NCBI RefSeq assembly: GCF_002803295.2
Contig: NZ_PGGB02000001.1
Location: 128,788-158,808 of the forward strand
Direction: 5' to 3'
Origin: Caedibacter taeniospiralis
GTDB lineage: Bacteria > Pseudomonadota > Gammaproteobacteria > Francisellales > Francisellaceae
Length of the DNA stretch: 30,021 nucleotides
Shown: positions 25,803-30,021 of the stretch, in pieces
Layout: each line of letters begins with the position of its first letter
Position numbering within the stretch: the stretch's first letter is position 1
Made by a program: the position numbers and the translations under genes
The notes under the pieces: model-generated
What the model was told of the DNA's origin: nothing
Seen by the model: only the letters and a program-made list of their open reading frames with translations
Databases searched by the model: none

Positions 25803-28800
25803 ATGAAGCTGCCTGAAATTTGCATTAAACGCCCTGTTTTATCTTTTGTCTTAAATGCCATCCTGGTGCTTTGTGGTCTGCTTAGTTTTAGCTATGTAAA
25901 ACTGCAATTTGAACCGACGATTTTTAAACCTGTTTTAATGATTCAAACCAACTACCCAGGAGCCAGTGCGGATGTCGTGCAAAAAGATGTCACCCAGCAA
26001 CTAGTGGCAGCGATTTCTGGGACTGAGAATTTAAGCTATATTGAAGCGACCTCTATGCAAGGTCAAAGTCAAATCAAACTTAATTTTGGTAATATCGATC
26101 AGGAGAAATTCATTACCGCGCAATCCGAAGTGATGCGCGATATTGCAGGTATAAATTTGCCCCAAAGTGTGCAAACGCCACAGATTAAACAAAGAGGAAA
26201 TGGTTCTCAGGTGATGCTCATCGGTTTTCAAGATGCAAATCGATCTACCGAAAGCCTTACCTCATATATCAACGACACGATTACCAAACAGCTGGCACAG
26301 ATTCCTGGTGTGGGAGATGTTCAGGTATACTCAGAAGGCTCTGCCTTACGCATTGAGCTTGATCCTAAGGCGATGGCAATTTTAAAGATCTCAGCCATTG
26401 ATGTTGTGAATAAGCTTGAACAACTGAATCGTAACGTCTCAGCAGGTCAGCTTATCACCAATGACAACACCTATACCATCAATGTTGATAGCGCCTTGGA
26501 CAGCATCAGCAAGTTCAACAATCTGATTATCGCAAAACAGAATGGTAAGCTTATTTATTTGAGGCAAATTGCTAAGATTTATCTTGGTAATTTGTCCTTA
26601 GCCAATGGTTCTGTGAGTATTATCGATGGTAAACCAGGTGTGGTGGTCAACGTATCGCAAACCAGTGATGCTAATCCGATTGACGTCGCTGCCGCTGTGT
26701 CAAAGGCGGTTACTCAGATGCAAAGATCACTGCCTCCTGGAATGAAGGTCGATGTACTATTTAATATTTCCACATCACTCAAGGCCTCTTTATATGAAGT
26801 CATCAAGACAATTATTGAGGCAATCATTTTAGTTTCACTGATTTCCCTATTATTCTTAGGGCGTTTTAGAGCGGCATTGATCCCTATTGTTACCCTGCCT
26901 GTGTGTTTAATCGGTGTGTTTGTGATCATCTGGCCGCTTGGGTTTAGTATAAATATGATGACACTTCTTGCCATTGTGCTTGCCGTAGGTTTAGTGGTTG
27001 ATGATGCGATCGTGGTGCTTGAGAATTGCTATCGCTATATGCAAAAAGGGCATAATGCTTTTAATGCCGCCATTTTAGGCAGTAAAGAAATTGGCTTTGC
27101 GATTATTGGGATGACCATCACCCTGGTGGCGGTATATATCCCGATTGCCTTTATGAATGATAAGTCTGCGATTTTCTTTAGAGAGTTTGCTTTTACTCTG
27201 GCAGCCAGTGTGCTGATTTCAGGTTTTGTCGCTTTGACCTTATCACCCACCATGTGTGCGCATATGTTAGGAAGCACCAAAGAAAATCGCTATGAGAAAT
27301 TGATTGCACAAATATTTAATGCTGCCGAGCACACGTATAGAAAATCGCTAGAGTTTATCCTGCAAGTAAGATATTGGGTGGTTGCTATCTTTGCTATTGT
27401 GATCATTGCAGGTGTTAGCTTATTTCGCTCAATGCCAACAGCTTTGCAGCCTAATGATACCATTGGTGTGGTAGGGGTGAATATTACAGGGCAAAGCAAT
27501 GCCAGTTCGGATTTTATTATGCAAAAGCTTGATGAAATTCAAAATAAGATTCCAGGCAAAGTGTTTGCGCATTCTTTTGGTTTTGTGGACACTCAAAGTG
27601 GTCAGACATCGGGATATTCAATGAATATTTTAAATGAGAGCGAGGTAACAAATGCTTATAAAATCGCACGTCAGTTAAATGCGATTATTAAGAATACTCA
27701 AGGGGTAGAAGGCAGTAGCTGGGTTTTTCCATTGTCTGGACATAACCAGTCAGGAAGTGGCGATGTTCAGCTGTATCTGTTGAGCATGGATGATTATCAA
27801 ACACTATATAAAAAGGCGGAAAGTTTAGTCAGTGTCATAGAGAAGCTGCCAAGCATATCTTATGCCAGTATTGCAAGTAGCGCTGATAGTGGTCAGTTTG
27901 ATATGAATATTAACTACACGAATGCAGCTTTATTGGATGTTGATCCTGCGAATATTCAGACGATTTTGAATATTATGTTTGGCGGCTGGCAGCTTAGTCG
28001 CGATTATGAAACTGGTGGTGAGAGCTTCCCGATCTTTATTCAGCTTCCTAAAAAAGATCTCAAAAGCTTTGATGTGCTCAATCGCCTATATATCAAAACA
28101 GACCCTGGTGGCTGGTTACAGCTTGGGCGACTCGTGCATATTGAGCCTGTGGTTAAAATCCCCTATTTAACGACGTATAACCAGATGCACGCGATGGAGA
28201 TAGACGTCAATTTGCAACCCAATGGATCATTGGGACAAGTCGTTCAAGAAATTCAGTCAATCAGTCAGCAGCTATTGCCAGGCACCAGTTTGGCGTTTAA
28301 GGGGGATGCAAAAGATATGATGGAAGGCAATAACAGTATGGTCATGATCTTTATTGCTGGATTACTGTTTATTTATCTTGTTTTAGCCGCCTTGTTTGAG
28401 AGTTTTATTGATCCATTTATCATCTTGCTCACCGTGCCGCTATGTGTGATTGGTGCGCTCTTGGGTTTAAAAATGATCGGAGGAACGCTAAATATTTACA
28501 CAGATATTGGCTTAATTACTTTAATTGGACTCGTATCTAAGCATGGCGTTTTAATCGTTCAGTTTTCAAATGAGCTGTTGGCAAAAGGGGAGAGTTTAAA
28601 GAATGCGGTGATCAAAGGAGCAGCAACGCGCCTAAGACCGATTTTAATGACCTCTGCCACGATGATTCTAGGTGCGATTCCACTACTACTGAGCACGGGA
28701 GTGGGGGAGCATGCACGCCAGCAGATTGGAATGGTCATGGTTGCAGGATTGTTGTTAGGTTCACTTTTTTCGTTGTTTATTGTGCCTGTGGCATATCAGC

Positions 28801-28832
28801 TATTAAAATCAATACGCCAAGGCGGAGCTTGA
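25803..28832 (+). CDS. RND efflux permease (AcrB/AcrD/AcrF family, HAE1-like)
   Basis: 1009-aa ORF with the N-terminus CIKRPVLSFVLNAILVLCG. The TM4 proton-relay pair is in VGLVVDDAIVVLEN. The topology is 12 TM helices plus two large periplasmic loops, and RLRPILMTS occurs near the C-terminus. Confidence 0.93.
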   Translation: MKLPEICIKRPVLSFVLNAILVLCGLLSFSYVKLQFEPTIFKPVLMIQTNYPGASADVVQKDVTQQLVAAISGTENLSYIEATSMQGQSQIKLNFGNIDQEKFITAQSEVMRDIAGINLPQSVQTPQIKQRGNGSQVMLIGFQDANRSTESLTSYINDTITKQLAQIPGVGDVQVYSEGSALRIELDPKAMAILKISAIDVVNKLEQLNRNVSAGQLITNDNTYTINVDSALDSISKFNNLIIAKQNGKLIYLRQIAKIYLGNLSLANGSVSIIDGKPGVVVNVSQTSDANPIDVAAAVSKAVTQMQRSLPPGMKVDVLFNISTSLKASLYEVIKTIIEAIILVSLISLLFLGRFRAALIPIVTLPVCLIGVFVIIWPLGFSINMMTLLAIVLAVGLVVDDAIVVLENCYRYMQKGHNAFNAAILGSKEIGFAIIGMTITLVAVYIPIAFMNDKSAIFFREFAFTLAASVLISGFVALTLSPTMCAHMLGSTKENRYEKLIAQIFNAAEHTYRKSLEFILQVRYWVVAIFAIVIIAGVSLFRSMPTALQPNDTIGVVGVNITGQSNASSDFIMQKLDEIQNKIPGKVFAHSFGFVDTQSGQTSGYSMNILNESEVTNAYKIARQLNAIIKNTQGVEGSSWVFPLSGHNQSGSGDVQLYLLSMDDYQTLYKKAESLVSVIEKLPSISYASIASSADSGQFDMNINYTNAALLDVDPANIQTILNIMFGGWQLSRDYETGGESFPIFIQLPKKDLKSFDVLNRLYIKTDPGGWLQLGRLVHIEPVVKIPYLTTYNQMHAMEIDVNLQPNGSLGQVVQEIQSISQQLLPGTSLAFKGDAKDMMEGNNSMVMIFIAGLLFIYLVLAALFESFIDPFIILLTVPLCVIGALLGLKMIGGTLNIYTDIGLITLIGLVSKHGVLIVQFSNELLAKGESLKNAVIKGAATRLRPILMTSATMILGAIPLLLSTGVGEHARQQIGMVMVAGLLLGSLFSLFIVPVAYQLLKSIRQGGA

Positions 28833-28837
28833 TAGAA

Positions 28838-28904
28838 TTTCCGCCCATTTTTGCAAAGGCGTATGCAATACGCCCCTACGCAATGAGCCATCATGGGCAA
28901 AGAT
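28838..28904 (+). repeat. REP-like hairpin repeat, copy D (most complete)
   Basis: The sequence is tttccgcccatttttgcaaaggcgtatgcaatacgcccctacgcaatgagccatcatgggcaaag. It has a perfect 7-bp hairpin GGCGTAT-gca-ATACGCC, and its ends tttccgcccat / atgggcaaag are inverted. Confidence 0.8.
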
Positions 28905-28920
28905 ATTGAGCGGTGACTGT

Positions 28921-28948
28921 ATTTCCGCCCACCGCCACTCTTGGGCGA
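28921..28948 (+). repeat. REP-like repeat, partial copy E (terminus plus small hairpin)
   Basis: The sequence is atttccgcccaccgccactcttgggcga. It has the same TTTCCGCCCA terminus, and cgccca/tgggcg form a short stem. Confidence 0.5.
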
Positions 28949-29113
28949 ATTATTTGCACAAGCCAGATATTGTCATCACACCAAGACGTAAATATTAAGT
29001 CCCTTTGGTGCTTCTCAGCACTAATAACTAGCCAACGATCAATGTTTTAAGCTAAACTTTTGCCAGGAAGTCCATCCACTTGCTATATCAATTTAAAAAA
29101 GGAGTTTATTCAA

Positions 29114-29506
29114 ATGACTAGACGTATAAGACCAAAAAGAGTATATGCCGCAATATGGATGTTGTACGGAGCAAGCATTTTAGGGCTGTTGGATTTGTTA
29201 ACCTCATCTACTTTGGTCATGCAGCCGATGCAACATATCTGGCTTGATGTCGTTGCCTATACCGTTCTGATTGTGGTGGCATTTATCATGAGCCTGGGTG
29301 TTAAGGTTGCAAAATGGTTGTACGTCCTGTTAGCTGTCATCTGGTATGCGTTATTGATATTCTACTTGCCAGAGCACACAGGGCATCCGCTTAACTTCTG
29401 GTTGGTTTTTATTGAAATTATTTTAATCATCGCAGCATTTTATATTTTATATCAGTCAAAGTCAGTGCGGTGGTTTAATAAAGAGCAAAAGACTCAAAAA
29501 GCATAA
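29114..29506 (+). CDS. Small hypothetical integral membrane protein (about 4 predicted TM helices)
   Basis: I prefer the ATG at 29114, preceded by AAGGAG with a 10-nt spacer; the track start at 29060 is a TTG. The 130-aa product has four hydrophobic stretches (AAIWMLYGASILGLLDLL; VVAYTVLIVVAFIM; WLYVLLAVIWYALLIFY; FWLVFIEIILIIAAFYILY). I recognise no family. Confidence 0.55.
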   Translation: MTRRIRPKRVYAAIWMLYGASILGLLDLLTSSTLVMQPMQHIWLDVVAYTVLIVVAFIMSLGVKVAKWLYVLLAVIWYALLIFYLPEHTGHPLNFWLVFIEIILIIAAFYILYQSKSVRWFNKEQKTQKA

Positions 29507-30021
29507 GATAAACACAGTTCAATATAGTACTTCACTCCGTGGGTCATAGCCTCAATGGATAGGTCAAAGTTTGGTTCATGTACCATTGAAGTAAAGCCGC
29601 ATGCTTCGTTGCGCACACCTAAAAATGCGTAGCATGCAGGAATTTCGTTGGCAAAATATGAGAAATCCTCTGATGCCATCCATGGGATATTGGAACTTAA
29701 AGTATTTTTCTGACCGACAGCACGCTGTGCTGCAGCGATTGATTTTTGCGCGCAAAGTGGATTGTTCCTGGTTTCAGGGTAACCTTCAAGGTAATTAATT
29801 GCCACTTTCCCTGCATAAGTCCAGGCAACTCCTTGAGCAATTTCATACAGACGTTTTTTTACAAGCATGCGTGCATCCTGGCTTAGATAACGCATGCAGC
29901 CTTTAAGATGTGCCTTATCCGCAATAACATTATATGTGCTGCCAACATTAAGGGCAGTAATTGAAACAACGGCAGGATCAAAACTTGAGATATCTATTAA
30001 TTCAATCTTGCGTTTTCAGTT
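29494..30021 (-). CDS. M20D-family amidohydrolase (aminoacylase / hippurate hydrolase-like), C-terminal part; the gene continues off the right edge but carries an in-frame TGA at 30018-30016
   Basis: The track ORF (29494-29895) begins mid-domain. The same frame upstream reads KRKIELIDISSFDPAVVSITALNVGSTYNVIADKAHLKGCMRYL, matching the M20D pattern ..IVSR..ISS...AVVSIT....G...NVIP....L.GT.R. The downstream MASEDFSYFANEIPACYAFLGV block is also typical of the family. Confidence 0.7.

Noticed and set aside
30016-30018. TGA in the amidohydrolase as selenocysteine or Trp recoding
   Set aside because: TGA clearly functions as a stop elsewhere in the window (for example the transporter ORF at 6740-6742, the murA-like gene at 18914-18916 and the antitoxin at 11386-11388). 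The position is not a catalytic Cys site, and I saw no SECIS-like hairpin in the few downstream nucleotides.

Overview
This is a chromosomal window, roughly 40% GC by eye, from a Gram-negative genome. It is most likely gammaproteobacterial, and the gene content looks Legionellales-like, but that is inference only. Most of it is recognisable housekeeping: a partial yqhD-like Fe-ADH, uup, coaD, a sufA/sufT-type pair, gyrB, der, gpsA, prfC and folD. There is also a WrbA-like flavoprotein, a GT2-like glycosyltransferase, a CBS-pair protein, a Sel1-repeat membrane protein and a two-gene RND efflux pump (adaptor plus permease, no outer-membrane factor). The accessory and mobile content is as follows. 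(1) An SmtB/ArsR-type metalloregulator and a P1B-2 (Zn/Cd/Pb-type) ATPase are now separated by a 230-bp MITE-like palindromic element with an 8-bp target duplication. (2) An intact 1.0-kb IS982-like insertion sequence sits in the decayed 5' end of a GlpT/UhpC-family transporter gene. (3) A MazF/RHH toxin-antitoxin pair lies between the suf-type genes and gyrB. (4) A second MITE (139 bp, 8-bp duplication) lies in the prfC leader. (5) At least four more copies of a short hairpin repeat (core GGCGTAT-GCA-ATACGCC) share their TTTCYGCCCA terminus with the second MITE. Other oddities are a divergent, translationally coupled murA-like/murB-like pair attached to der, a probable trpC 5' relic, and an in-frame TGA in the amidohydrolase at the right edge. 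I saw no rRNA, tRNA or CRISPR array. I did not find a convincing novel multi-gene defence or secretion-type system. The most novel-looking items are the MITE/REP family and the der-murA'-murB' module. All functional calls are by-eye homology and motif reading and need database confirmation.
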